NCBI RefSeq assembly: GCF_001194135.2
Contig: NC_068985.1
Location: forward strand, 21,900,126 to 21,964,125
Source: Octopus bimaculoides
Lineage: Eukaryota
Direction: 5' to 3'
DNA: 64,000 bases
Position 1 is the stretch's first letter. Every line of letters starts with the position of its first letter. A program made the translations under genes and the position numbers. The notes beneath the pieces are model-generated. The model did no database searches and was not told where the DNA came from. It worked only from the letters and a program-made list of their open reading frames with translations. This document shows, piece after piece, positions 26,205-39,212 of this stretch.

Positions 26205-26554
26205 CAGGAGTTCTCAACCATATTCTATCTATGGACCCCTTTGATTACTATTCTTTTCTGGTGGACACCCCATAGTCATTCCATGCTTAAAAACAAGTTA
26301 TATTGAAATTTCTTTCAAAATTCCTATTTTGTTTTACACGCATTAACTTGTGTAGGTTGAACTATGTAAAATGTCAGAGAAAGAAACCTCGCTATTTCTT
26401 GCAATCCATACCAATACAAACATCTAATGCAAAACTTTTTCAGGCACCCATAAAATACTATTGTGGATCCCCAATTTACCATTTTGTTACATGGACCCCC
26501 AAAAATCTTATATGGACCCTCAAGGGCCACATGGACCTCGGTTGAGAACCACTG
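26205..26554. mobile_element. hAT (Charlie-like) MITE with perfect TSD
   Basis: TIRs CAGGAGTTCTCAACC / GGTTGAGAACCACTG; identical 8-bp TSD GTCTAAGC at 26197-26204 and 26555-26562. Confidence 0.95.
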
Positions 26555-26784
26555 GTCTAAGCAATGTCAATGTGGAGACATGTGGGGACAAACACACAAA
26601 CAATTGCATCTCTTTCTCTCTCTGTCTCTCGCTCTCTCTCTCGCTCTCTCTCTCTTTCTCACTCTCTCTCTATATATATGTATATATATAAAATACTAAT
26701 ATATCCTTTTGTTATTTACACCACCTGTCCTCGTCTGTTGTTATTATTTGTATATTCTCCCATATATATATAAAATACACACAC

Positions 26785-26945
26785 AACAGACGTCTGTACA
26801 GTGTATATCTACAAAATTTCACTTACAAAGTACTTTGTAAGAGGTCATAATAGAAGACACTTACCTAAGGCATCATGTAAGAGGACAGAGGTTGAAATCA
26901 CATGGCTGTGAAGCAAAACTTCTTAACCACATGGCCATACCTGTC
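26785..26945 (-). mobile_element. SINE family A, 5' fragment
   Basis: AGAAGACACTTACCTAAGG...TCTTAACCACATGGCCATACCTG; another fragment at about 27300-27410 (-). Confidence 0.65.
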
Positions 26946-28129
26946 CATACTAGTATGCAGATATTCTTGATTGGTTAATACTAATGGCCTGTACAGGTGT
27001 TTGTGGACTTAACCTGCTAATAATTGGAAGAAATATCTATTTCTTTGTTTATGTATTTTTTTTATTTCATGTACTTTGTGAATAACATTGTTGGTTATAG
27101 ATTTCCAATAACTGATCACTGTTAACTGCATTTCCAATGGCATGAGTGACAGGGAAGTGTCTGGGCAACTCAAGTGGAATAAATAACCACAGGATATTTT
27201 TGTTTGAACACAGTAGTTTATTGGTTTTTCTTGCTGACATGTATCTCTTTTGTCAATATGCACTGGTGATACACAGACGCTCATAAATACATATATACAT
27301 GCATACATTCATAGACATTGTTCAACCTGAGGCTACAGTAGAAGACACTTTCCCAGGGTGCCAGACAGTGGGATGAAACCCAGAATCATATGTTGCAACG
27401 CAAACTTGTATTCATGTATCTGCACGTAGATAATAGTATTTCTAGATTTTTAATTTAACATCTTGAAGGGTTGCATTACACACACACACACACGTACATA
27501 TATATATTAACCAGTTACACTGAAACACACCTGTCCTCAACTTTATTTTTTTGTTTGTTTTATAAACAGTTTTATGTATTTCTCTATTATTCTTTTGGGT
27601 TTGCCTTGGAACTATAAAGTTATAAAGTCCATCAACATTTCTAGACCTTCTTAGTCTTATCTTCTGAATGAAGAGGTTGTTATTGGCGCTCATTAAAACT
27701 GTCTTTCTATAATGGGCAGCAAGAACCTTAGGAACTATGTTGTTACTGATGATAATGTCCTACTGAGACTAAGATATTTTTACCATTCACTCATTTTTTT
27801 TCATTGATCTGTTCTGGAAGCAGGGACTATGCTCATGCTCACGTAGGCCTGCAAAAACCAATGAGTTCAACATAGCTAGATGTTCCTTTTGAACAACTGC
27901 AAGTTGCGAAACTGCAGAAAACACATGAGCAGGGAGAAAATTCCAGAGAGTAAACATTTAGAAATGAAAAAAACTGGACATAGTGATTATTGTACAGCCT
28001 GAGGAAGATGGGGCCTAAATATAGGTAATGAGTGGAGAAGTGAGCTAGGAGTGCATAAGTGGAAGTAGTACTAGACCAGATAGCTCTAAGGAGTAAACAC
28101 CATTCATTGTAGCAACAGTAGAAAAGACA

Positions 28130-28503
28130 GACTTGGAAAGAAGCTTGAAGGTGTGTTTGTGAGAATGCTTTGTGCAGTTTTCATTTTTTTTTGGCAGTAA
28201 CACTCTACAAAGCAGTGACTGCATGGCAGTATTCCTACCATTATCTTGATAATCAGAGAAAGAAGAACATGTTATACAGGACACTGCTAGAGAAGCAAGG
28301 ATGAAATATCCAGCAATCTCCTTCTCTGGAAACCCACACATGGGCCTACAGATACTGGCAGACCAAGAAGAGCATATGTCAATCATCTTGTGGAAGACAC
28401 TGGATATTAGGTTGAGGATATGAAAACGGCAGTGGAAGATCAGGATATCTGGCATGGAAGAGTTGCATTGGTTTGGGAAAGTCACCTGACAGGATGATGA
28501 TGG
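28130..28503 (+). mobile_element. RTE-clade LINE 3' relic (second RTE family)
   Basis: Translates KLEGVFVRMLCAV...GHC*RSKDEISSNLLLWKPTHGPTDTGRPRRAYVNHLVEDTG...AVEDQDIWHGRV and ends in GATGATGAT; the element may extend 5' to about 27700. Confidence 0.8.
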
Positions 28504-28575
28504 AAAAAGACAGAGAGAAAGGGCAACATGTTAATGGACCTGAGAATAGAATGTTGGTAAGTGACTGTATATCAA

Positions 28576-28809
28576 TCAGTTTGGTGACCCTTCTTTGGAT
28601 GTGGTTGAGAATTTCTGTATGAGTCTAACAGCAATACCATCCCAGATATAAGAGCAATACTCCATTGTGGGACTCACCTGAGCTTTGCCATAGTTAGAAT
28701 AAGTAATTTTTTTTAGTTTCTTACTAGAATGCTGTAAGAGCAAGTTAGTATTTTTTCTTTCATTTTTAATTTTAATAAAACTTTTATTGCTAATCCTTGA
28801 ACTTTTCAT
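28576..28809 (-). mobile_element. CR1/L2-group LINE ORF2 fragment
   Basis: YGKAQVSPTMEYCSYIWDG resembles the YKAQVRPxMEYCSHIW segment of CR1-group ORF2. Confidence 0.7.
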
Positions 28810-28839
28810 GGAATACTATGATAGTTGCATTATCAAGTA

Positions 28840-29657
28840 AAGTATCTTGAGAGAAAAGCTGAACATTAGAAGCATCAGTTGTGGTGTGCAAGAGAGACGA
28901 TTGCGCTGGTATGGACATGTGGTGAGAATGGATGAGGATAGCTGCGTGAAAAAGTGCCACACCCTAACAGTTGAGGGAACCCGTGGAAGAGGTAGGCCCA
29001 GGAAGACCTGGGCTGAGGTGGTGAGGCAAGACCTTCGTACATTGGGCCTCACCGAGGCAATGACTACTGACCGAGACCTTTGGAAATGTGCTGTGCGTGA
29101 GAAGACCCGGCAAGCCAAGTAAGATCGTTGCCAGTGCCCCTGGACTGGCTTGTGCGGGNNNNNNNNNNNNNNNNNNNNNNNNNNNNNNNNNNNNNNNNNN
29201 NNNNNNNNNNNNNNNNNNNNNNNNNNNNNNNNNNNNNNNNNNNNNNNNNNNNNNNNNNNNNNNNNNNNNNNNNNNNNNNNNNNNNNNNNNNNNNNNNNNN
29301 NNNNNNNNNNNNNNNNNNNNNNNNNNNNNNNNNNNNNNNNNNNNNNNNNNNNNNNNNNNNNNNNNNNNNNNNNNNNNNNNNNNNNNNNNNNNNNNNNNNN
29401 NNNNNNNNNNNNNNNNNNNNNNNNNNNNNNNNNNNNNNNNNNNNNNNNNNNNNNNNNNNNNNNNNNGACACGTAAAAGCACCCACTACACTCTCTGAGTG
29501 GTTGGCATTAGGAAGGGCATCCAGCTGTAGAAACTCTGCCAAATTAGATTGGAGCCTGGTGTAGCCATCCGGTTGCACCAGTCCTCAGTCAAATCGTCCA
29601 ACCCATGCTAGCATGGAAAGCGGACGTTAAACGATGATGATGATGATGATGATGATT
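28840..29657 (+). mobile_element. Young 5'-truncated RTE LINE (ORF2 C-terminus, 3' UTR, (GAT)n tail); 308-N gap in the UTR
   Basis: Uninterrupted frame 28847-29122: ...QERRLRWYGHVVRM...GRGRPRKTWAEVVRQDL...DRDLWK (RTE RLRWxGHVxR / GRPxxxW signature), CpGs retained. Confidence 0.92.
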
Positions 29658-30029
29658 TCCCTACACTGTTCTGTTCTGTGGCCTGTATTATAGTCTGTTG
29701 CAATGTCTTCATGTTTGGAACAAAAAAATTTCAAAACCTGCAATAATGACATCACTACTAGTATCAGCCATGATTTTTGCTGCATACTGCAGAAAGGTAG
29801 CAATAACAAACATTGCTGAATAAATAAGAAATGTTTATAGCTTTTTCTAAATTTTTATTCACTTCCACGATTACTTGCTGCACAAAAATATCTCTTAAAG
29901 GGAAAAATGTAAGTACTGTTCAAGACTAGTTTACCCAGCAAAAGAAAAAAAAAAACAAAACAACAACTAAAATTAAATTTCAACTTTTCAAACTAATGAC
30001 TGATTTTTGGTTTCCCAAGAAGACCTGAA

Positions 30030-30212
30030 ATGCAGTGAGCAGGCAGAACCATTAGCATGTCAGATGAAATGCTTAGTGGAATTTCTTCCAGCTCTTTCCA
30101 TTGAAATAAATTTTGCCTTTCATCCCTTCAGGTCAATAAAATAAAGTACTAGTCAAGTATTAGAGTCAACTTATTCAACTTGTCCCCTCCCCTCAAAATT
30201 ACTGGTCTTGAA
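30030..30212 (+). mobile_element. SINE family B
   Basis: GGCAGAACCATTAGCATG...TTTGCCTTTCATCCCTTCAGGTCAATAAAATAAAGTAC. Confidence 0.8.
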
Positions 30213-30792
30213 TCCTGCAATGGACTGGTGTCCTATTCAAGGGGAATGTTGTGATCTCAGTCACTAGTATGCCATTGAAACTGGGTAGCCTATCTTATGA
30301 GTTAGAGGGCTCGAGAAAAAGGAAAAAAATGACCCAAACAAATTAATTGAATGTCATAGAAAAGACTCCTTGTTTGTTTGTAACATCAAAAGGCAAACCC
30401 CAAGACAGCCAGATATATGAAAGTACACATACATAGGATTCAAAAACAAATTTCAGAAAAACTATGAACTTATTTCGTATGTGTATTTGGTGTGAAAGAT
30501 TCTTGATGTGAATATGTGTGTTGAAAGAAATACTATTAAACCTTGGGGGAGGCATTATGCCGGTAATAAACACACGCACTGGTTCGGTCCTTTATTTATT
30601 TATAAACAGTATGTAGATTTTTTTTTTTTGTTAAATCATTTCATTGCACTCTTGCAATCTCTTCAGTAACCCGTCTCTTCACTTATAGCAAAAGGACTAC
30701 AGGAAAACAACCAGCTGCATTCTCTGTATGAAGTGCAAATGTAAATTCAGCAACTCAAGAAATTTATAGTTAATTACAATTATACCAATAAT

Positions 30793-30988
30793 CCTTTCTA
30801 CTATAGGCACAGGCCTGAAATTTTTAAGGGGAAGAGGCTAGTCAATTACATAGGCCTCAGTGCTCAATTGATACATATTTTATTGATCCTGAAATTAGGA
30901 AAAGTAAAGGTAACCTTGGGAGAATTTGAACTCAGAATTGTAGAGATTTAGTTTGGCATACTAGTGATTCTGCAGCTTACTGCCTTAA
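30793..30988 (-). mobile_element. SINE family B
   Basis: CAGGCCTGAAATTT...TATTTTATTGATCC...GAATTTGAACTCAG...TGATTCTGC. Confidence 0.8.
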
Positions 30989-32479
30989 AAAAAATTGCTT
31001 TGTTTGTTTTTCCTTTTCAATAATGACAAGAAAAATATCAATCGGTTAATTATCAATTCTAGTCAAGAAAGACAAGGAAGACAACTCTGTATGTCCGGAG
31101 CTCTCACTGTGCAGCAAACATTAAACTCCTTTCCTCCTGCATTGTCCATGTTTTATTTTTAATTAATTTCAATTTCAGGGTTGTCAACCCTATCTTTCTT
31201 GACAATAATTGATCATTATTAAACTAATGATTATTTCTCCTCTCTGCAGATGTATAATTAAATATAATTAAAATTTCTTGGCTCACTCTATTAAGTATGC
31301 TAGAACTGATCTCACCATTATAGTACAACAGTTTGTCTCAATTGATTTCCTTTTAAACTTTGATGTGTATGTTAGTATGTTTTATTATAGCCATAAAACT
31401 AACTCCATTACTTGTACCAGTAGAGCAAGACATATTAATCACCTCTTGCATCAATTTCCCTGACTGGTGAGACAGTGAATTGTTGTTCTTCTTCTTGTTA
31501 TTTAGCCCCAGAACAACCTTGATCAAACAGACATATGATGAAAGACATTCCAGTTGCAGCTTCTCCATTTTTTTTTTTAATTGGAGGGAGCCCAGGAATG
31601 CATCTTTAAAGTGTCTCTTTTTTTAAGATGGAAGGTTGGGTAACAGTATAAAGCCTATAAGGTATTGACTTGCAGCAGCAGATATTATGAAAGGTTCTGA
31701 TTTCAGCTGTAAAACATCAGCTCAGACAACTTGGAAAATGAAATAAAAATAAATCTTATTTTATTTGAAGGTTTCTGCTAGTTGCCTTACACACACAGTA
31801 ATGACATAGCACACTACCACATTGAGAAAAGGTGAGCACACCTTATTGAAATTAAGTGAAAAAAGACCCTCTCTCTGTGTCTGTCTCTCTTCCTCACACA
31901 CAAACACAAACACACACACACACATACACAATTAGCTATTTGTGTAACAAACTTATAGACACATGCCCATTACAGTCCTGTGATTCAAGAATCAACCACT
32001 TAGCTTCTTATGACTGCTGGAAAAGATTATTTGAAGAGCACACTTGAACTATTTATGACCTTCCATTCACAAATGTTTACTTTCCATTTTACTTTTTAAT
32101 ACTTGATCAGAAACTACAAACAATATTTGTTGTCAAGATTTATTGTAGGCACTCTAGATACATAAAGGAGAACTCAAGACTTGAATATATTTACATAGTT
32201 TCATAAAGTTCATTCTCTAGAATAAATAATAAATAAAAAAATAATGATCTTTTCCTGATTTATTTCTCGTTAATAATCGAGACTACATCTTTTATTGTTA
32301 ATAATTCAGACTCTTCCTCTTGTCCTGTTATGATATATGGTTACTTGTGTATGAGTAAATCATTTATTTAACAAGGTTGTAAATAAAGTGTGAACACTTT
32401 TTCACGTGTTAGCCAATAGTATATTGAACATGTAGTTATTTTGTGGGCTTAATATATTTATTCTCTTTTTTTATATATC

Positions 32480-33450
32480 AGTTTTTTTGTCTTGAGGAAA
32501 GGGTTTTGCCCATGGCCTTTAGAGGCCCTCAAAACAAGTTATGTCAATGCTGTTAATGTTCTGTTTAAGCTGTGGCAAGTCAAAGACCAGAAGATGGACA
32601 TGTGCTGGGATGGAATTCTAGAGGTTCAACATTCTGAGAAGGACTAGATTAGATGTAGTGGTCAATGTGGGTCTGAAGAGTTGTACACAAACAATACAAA
32701 TGATGAAAGGAGAGATGAGGATTTGAAAGTGCTTGAATGGTGATGGGACAAGACCAGCCAACTCCAAGGCACAGAAGCCATTGTAATAGCTATAGAAAAG
32801 GCACTTCTACTATCTGTGCTTTTATTCATATTTCAAGGCAGTTTTGTACAGCATATATTATCCATTTGCCATTTGCGTTACATGCTCATTATATAGCAGA
32901 TTTTGTTATAGCCAGTCTCATGATAATGCTTTAGAAATGTCACATCAGCACACAAGATTGCAAGTACAGGGCCATGAGCTAAACAAATTTACTATTTGTA
33001 TTCTTTCGGTTGGATACAGTCTGAACTTGGTGAAAATAGCAGTGATAAAATAGGGTTTACAGATCAATCATCACTTTCTTTTGTATTTATTTAGTTGCTT
33101 CCACACATCCCTGAAATGTTATAATGCCATGTTTAGGAAAGGACCATATTGCAGTGAAATGACTGTCAGCACATTTTGTCTCTGCTCTTCATGGAAATTT
33201 CAAGAAAATTCAAGACATTAATGATAAAAAGTAGAATTGAAGACATAAGGCAGAAGTATTGAGCAACAAAATGGAAAAGCTGGAGAATTTTGAAAATTTT
33301 TGGAATGATATTCTGGAAAGCTTGAATAAAACAAGTAAAAATTTTGTACTTAAAAGATGTGGACATACTTGTGGCCATTGATCTTCTCAGGTCTCTGAAA
33401 GCTTATTTTCAAGAAATGAGAGTCATATTCAGAGTGTGAAGAACAAGTAT
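32480..33450 (+). mobile_element. hAT transposase relic (ZMYM1-like/Tip100-type), pseudogenised
   Basis: CYSQSHDNALEMS...GYSLNLV (cf. CRGQSYDNASNMSG...CxxHSLNLV) then AEVLSNKMEKLE..FWNDILESLNKTSK..DVDILVAIDLLRSLK, with frameshifts and stops. Confidence 0.8.
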
Positions 33451-33892
33451 AAGATTAAGTTTAAAACCAAGTCCAGATTCAATGCACAATAGTTTAAGAA
33501 AATGAAGTGTGTATCTTAACAGAAGATAGAAATATACCTTCCTATTCTGGACTCTCTGAACTTTCACAGCAATTCAAACACTATATTGTCCACAGTAAAG
33601 AATGCAAGATTCTTGCAGATATGCATATTAAACTCATTTCAAGTAAGTTAAAACTTGTGTTTTGACAGTGTTAAAAATTGCACTCTCAATATTTAAGAGC
33701 ATGATGGCTTATTTTCCATGATGAAATTTACACACTCTTTGGACTTAAATGGAATATGCCTTTTCTCTTGTACACTGAAAGCAACATCTTCAAAAACATA
33801 GACTTTCAGTTAATTTTATGAAGCAATTTTCTACAATGAAAAATGCAAATTTTGTAACTGAAAAACCTAATTTTAATATGTTGGGTGAAAGC

Positions 33893-34110
33893 AAGGTAGT
33901 AAGCTGGCAGAATCATTACTATGCTGGGCAAAATGCTTAGCAGCATTCTATTCATCTCTATGTTCTGAGTTCAAATTCTGTTGAGATTGACTTTGCCTTT
34001 CATCCTTTCAGGATCAATAAAATAAGTACCAGTTGAACACTGGGGTCAATGTAATTGACCTATCTCCTCCCCTGAAATTGCTAGCCTTGCGCCAAAATTT
34101 GAAATCAATA
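33893..34110 (+). mobile_element. SINE family B
   Basis: AGCTGGCAGAATCATT...GAGTTCAAATTC...CTTTGCCTTTCATCCTTTCAGGATCAATAAAATAAGTACCAGTTG. Confidence 0.9.
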
Positions 34111-35351
34111 TGTTAGGGAAAAATGAGATTAGCGGGCCCTGTATAGTGCTTTCCTTAGAGGCTTCTAATATTCTTATGAAAGTGCAGGGAGCCATAACAA
34201 CATATGTGAAAACAGTATCCTGCTAAGAGAATCATGATTTAGTTAAACCATGTTGCTATTGAATTAACTGGTTATAATGTTCTGATGTATACCACAGACA
34301 GAGTAAGCACAGAAGAATATAAATAACAGCTTGTAGAGGTTATGTGCATTGATAATTGCATAATAATACATCAAACTAGGAAGTGGGATAAGAAACTATG
34401 GAGACAAGACAAGAAACAGAAAGAAACATTTTCTTCTTCAATTCTAACACAAAAGGACATATGTATATCATTTTATTCCTGGAGAGCTATAAAACTGGAA
34501 TTTGTTGTCATAATCCAAGAAATTTGTTCTAGAAATACTATAAGAAGAGAAAATCTAAGAAAGAATTAAATGTTGGAAAATGGCTGGCAGAGTGTAATAT
34601 TATATAATATTACAAGTAATATATAATCAATGTTTATTCCTCTACTAACAATTTTTTAATGTGTTTTCTATATTGAGTTGGAAGAGTCTGCTTGGAAATT
34701 TCCTTTACTGGCTGATACTCTGCCATAAACTGAGACTGAAATCTAATAACAGCATGATAAACTGAAATATATTGAAGACAAAATGACAACCAAGAATACA
34801 ACACAATTAGCTTGGAAAGAATTTTCAACAATTGACCTCTCAGGTTTAAAAGAAAAAATAGGAAAAAATAAAAGCTGTTATCATTTTCAAACTAAGATAT
34901 GTTTTTGTAATGCTGGGTTAATGACAACTTCTAATTATTCAATTTTTTCTATGTTATATTTCAGGAGTTTCAAGACAAATGAATAAATAAATAAAATAAA
35001 AGTACAACATCTATGTAGATGAAACCTTAGGAGTTTGACTGTAATATTGTAAATTAGATTGTTGCAAGCCATAAATTTGTAGTGGTGGATGAAGTTGATT
35101 AAATCAACTGATAGTTATTTCATCAACCCCAGAAGGGTGTTAAGCAAAGTCCATTGCGGAAAGATTTGTAATGAGAAAACATCAGAAAATGGAGAGATGG
35201 AAGTAAATAATGACAAGTTATTTTTCAGCATTTCCTTGCTGTATCACTACATTTAGATTACACCAATTCTAACATACAAAACACTAAGCATAGTTTTGTG
35301 GCAGGAATAAAGCCGGATTTTCTACAAAACAATAATACTACTGATGTTTCA

Positions 35352-35575
35352 TCTTTTTGACACCAACCTGCTTGAGATGCCCTTGGTTCTAAGATACAAA
35401 CTTCCTGTATTAAAGTGATCTAAATTAAAATTTTCCATCAAAATTTCATGCTAATTTATGTCCCAAACACCACCAGCTAAATAATGACAAAATGATTTTA
35501 CAAGATTCTTCATTATTTTTTAATTTAATTGAAACAATGGTCATGTATTTCAATAGAAATATAGTAACAAAAGGG
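35352..35575. mobile_element. piggyBac-type MITE family 1, decayed
   Basis: Body aligns with 11706-11927; ends GTAACAAAAGGG followed by GTAA. Confidence 0.7.
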
Positions 35576-36239
35576 GTAATGAAGGTAGAGTGCCTGTTTT
35601 CAGTTTCACTGAAATATCAAAAAATAAAACAAAATATTTGTGAGAATGAAGAAACCTGTAACTGCTTACACATTACTAGCAAATCATTATTCATATGAAT
35701 ATTTGTTTTCTGACAGAATCACTGTAAATGCTCACAGGTAGTTGAAGGAAATAAAGTAAATTTCTGTAGCTGAAGGAATTAAACTGAATTTCAATGCTTT
35801 GACAGCCACAAAACAATCCTTACGTACGGCTAACAGCAGGCTATTATCAAACTCAGAAGCATAGTGCATTTGCCAAATTATAATCACTTCTTCTAAACAT
35901 ATGGAATTATCATTGCATTCTGCTACACATAATGATGAATGTCTGGAATGTTTTGTATATCTTTATAAATTTTGCTTTCTGTTTGCATTTTATAAAAGCT
36001 GATGTTGCATTTTTCTTTGTTAATTCTGTCATACTGTAGGAATGTTACACATAAAAACATAGGCATTCACACACACACATAGAAAATTTTGTGCTAAATA
36101 AATCTGGTGATAAAGTGAAATTGACAATCTTTTTATCTTTCAAAAGTCAATATTTGAATGCAGAATGCCAGTTGCTCTTTATCACAATTCTATAAAGATA
36201 CACTAATATGTGTGTTAGTGTGAGTGTATGTGTGTGTGT

Positions 36240-36473
36240 GTGTGTGTGCACCTGTGCGTATGGGCCTTTGTGTTCTATTTGTTCCCCCCACCACTTGACA
36301 ACAGATGTTGGTCTGTTTATGTCCCATAACTTAGTAGTTTCGCAAAAGAGACCAATATGATTAGTAGCAGCCTTAAAAAAGTAAAGTATGTACTGGGGGT
36401 TAAGTTGTTTGACTAAAAAACCTTTCAAGATGGTGCCTTACTTGCAGTCAATAACTGAAACAAGTAAAAGATA
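36240..36473 (+). mobile_element. SINE family A, 3' half
   Basis: CCACTTGACAAC...GCAAAAGAGACC...AACTGAAACAAGTAAAAGATAA. Confidence 0.8.
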
Positions 36474-37318
36474 ATACACACACACACACACACACACATA
36501 CACATGTAAGCCAATGTCACAGCCTCTATTTTACTCCTTCATATGTGTTTGCATAATGTAATCCTTGCTTAAATACTCCTACCCCTGTAATTTTTGCCAG
36601 TTACTATGGTTACTAGATTGACACACTAGTGAAAATACATCAGCAGTACATCCTTGATATATCTTGGATTCAGCCATGCTTATTAAGGGACTTACACTAA
36701 GCAAATCTAGCATCTCGACTTGTGTCAAAGAAAGTAAGTGGAAAAATTTCCTCCTAGAAATTTTGAAACAAGAAGAAAGGGTGCAACAACAGTGTTTGTA
36801 TTCTAAACAATGGTATTATTTAAGAGATGTTCTAAAATACATAACTTAAAATTAATTGATAATCATGATAAAGACTTTTTTTTTCTTTCGAAATTGAAGT
36901 GTGTTTCTAGTATAATATCACTCATTAAATATAGAATTAAATTCCTAGATATAGAAAAAAAAAATGTGCTGGCCAAGTCTGGAACCCCTTTGAGCATAGG
37001 CTTGATTAGTGTCAATCAATGTCTAAACTGTAGAATATATAATTTAAAGATCTCAAAATATCATCATTTTATGAACACATACATGTAATCTGTCTGTCTA
37101 TAAACACACACACACACACACATATATATACACACACACGCATATATATACACACATATATATATCATCATCATCATCATTTAATGTCTGCTTTCCATAC
37201 TGGCATTTATACATAAAAAAAGCAGCATACATATAACAATGTATTACTCTCTTATTGATTGGTAAGAACATTACATATATCTATAAATACATAGAGAGTG
37301 TATCAATAGAATCTTATA

Positions 37319-37349
<31 letters not shown>

Positions 37350-37520
37350 GGAGTGGTTGTTTTGTTGTTGTAATGTTATTAACATTCAACTCCTTTAATC
37401 TTTGAAATATTTTGCAATTATACAACAGGCTGACTAATTTCAATTTTAATTTCCCCCTTCAAGAAGAAGAAAAAAAAAATCAAATTTACTGAATAAGTTA
37501 CTGATTAATTATTCAAATCT

Positions 37521-37524
<4 letters not shown>

Positions 37525-37577
<53 letters not shown>

Positions 37578-37624
37578 NNNNNNNNNNNNNNNNNNNNNNN
37601 NNNNNNNNNNNNNNNNNNNNNNNN

Positions 37625-37677
<53 letters not shown>
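37525..37677. repeat. (AG)n microsatellite spanning a 47-N gap
   Basis: Pure AG repeat on both sides of N 37578-37624. Confidence 0.95.
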
Positions 37678-37680
<3 letters not shown>

Positions 37681-38112
37681 GGGGGAGTTTAAAACTGAAA
37701 TCTAGAACTTTAGATCAATGAATGCTTTACTTATGTTATTGACAGGTAAATCAACAAAGGTGTAAATCACCAGCTTTAATAGAAAGTAACTGTATCCAAC
37801 TAATCAAAGATATACAAGATTTATATCTTCTATTCAGTTTTTATACAATATGAATAGGCAATTATTGATATGACATATTGTATATATTGATAAGACATTT
37901 ATGTTAGATTAGTTACATTATAGTATTTAATAGTATTGCTCTCAGCTTAGAGCTGTAATTCTGCTGCAGTCAATTTTGCCTTTCCTCCCTCAGGTAGGGT
38001 TAGATCAACTAAGAAATATACTTCAATTAATTTATATATCCCTTATCTTCTAACAATTAACTTTAGAACTAAGCAAGGAGTCCTTAGCAACATGTAACCA
38101 CTAAAGATTTAA

Positions 38113-38334
38113 TCCCTTTGTTACCATATTTCTGCTGAAATATACTGTCTATATTTTAATTAGTTTTGAAAATCACGAGGAATTTAATGAAATAACTTTG
38201 TCATTATTAAGCTGGTGTTTGGAATATAAATTAATATGAGATTTTGATGGAAAGTTTTAATTTACATCACTTTGAAACAGGCAGTTTGTATCATAGAACC
38301 AAGAGTGGTCTCAGGCAGATTGGTATCAATAGTG
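38113..38334. mobile_element. piggyBac-type MITE family 1, opposite orientation
   Basis: TTAA at 38109-12 and 38335-38; CCCTTTGTTACC start; body is the reverse complement of the 11706 and 35352 copies. Confidence 0.75.
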
Positions 38335-39010
38335 TTAACATGTTCTACAACTGATTCTGTAATTTGGTTTCACTTCTAGATAAAACCATTTGACTTCCCA
38401 ATATATATAAATATATATTTACGTGTGTGTATGTGTGTGTATTTCTACACTTATGGAAGAAAAAGAATTTTAAGTGTCTTTTTTACAGTAAAAATTGTTG
38501 CTTATTATAAAAGGTGCCATTATATTTCTTGGACTTATTGTTGCAGTCTGAGAGCATAGGATTCTTGTAGAAATATATTGGCATTCATTCAACCCATACT
38601 TACTTGGAAAATGAACTTGAAACAAATGAACAAATGATATAAATGCATATATATCATTGTGTGTGTGTGTGTGTGCGTGCGCGTGTGTGTGTACACATAT
38701 ACATTGAGCTTCTACACATCGACCAAATTTCATTGGTAAACTCAAGGTTATGGTAGAATATATCTGCCCAAGATACTATGCAGTGGTATGAAACTTCTTA
38801 AGCATACAACTATACAAAAACACCATCCAACAAAAACAAAAGATTAAAAAAGAAAACAAAAACGCCTTCCAACAAACCTGAAACCTTCAGTATAGTTTTA
38901 AAATGGTTAAATCACACTGTTTCAGTGAAGCGGCTTTCATTACAGATATTTAACAAAATGTTACATTCATAGCACATAAAAACAACTTGGAATGAAAGAA
39001 TTATCATCTA

Positions 39011-39176
39011 AGGCACAGGCATGGCTGTGTGGTAAGAAGCTTGCTTCCCAACCACATGGCTCTGAGTTCAGTTCCACTGCACGCACGGCACCTTGGGCGA
39101 GTGTCTTCTACTAAAGCCTTGGGCTGACCAAAGCCTTGTGAGTGGATTTGGTAGACCAAAACTGGAAGAAACCTGT

Positions 39177-39212
<36 letters not shown>

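Noticed and set aside
28816-29578. Longest ORFs in the track (115-221 aa)
   Set aside because: They are open only because they run through the 308-N gap.
35824-35919. 96-nt open minus-strand segment ending at TAC|GTAAGG
   Set aside because: The acceptor lacks a pyrimidine tract and the peptide is unrecognised.
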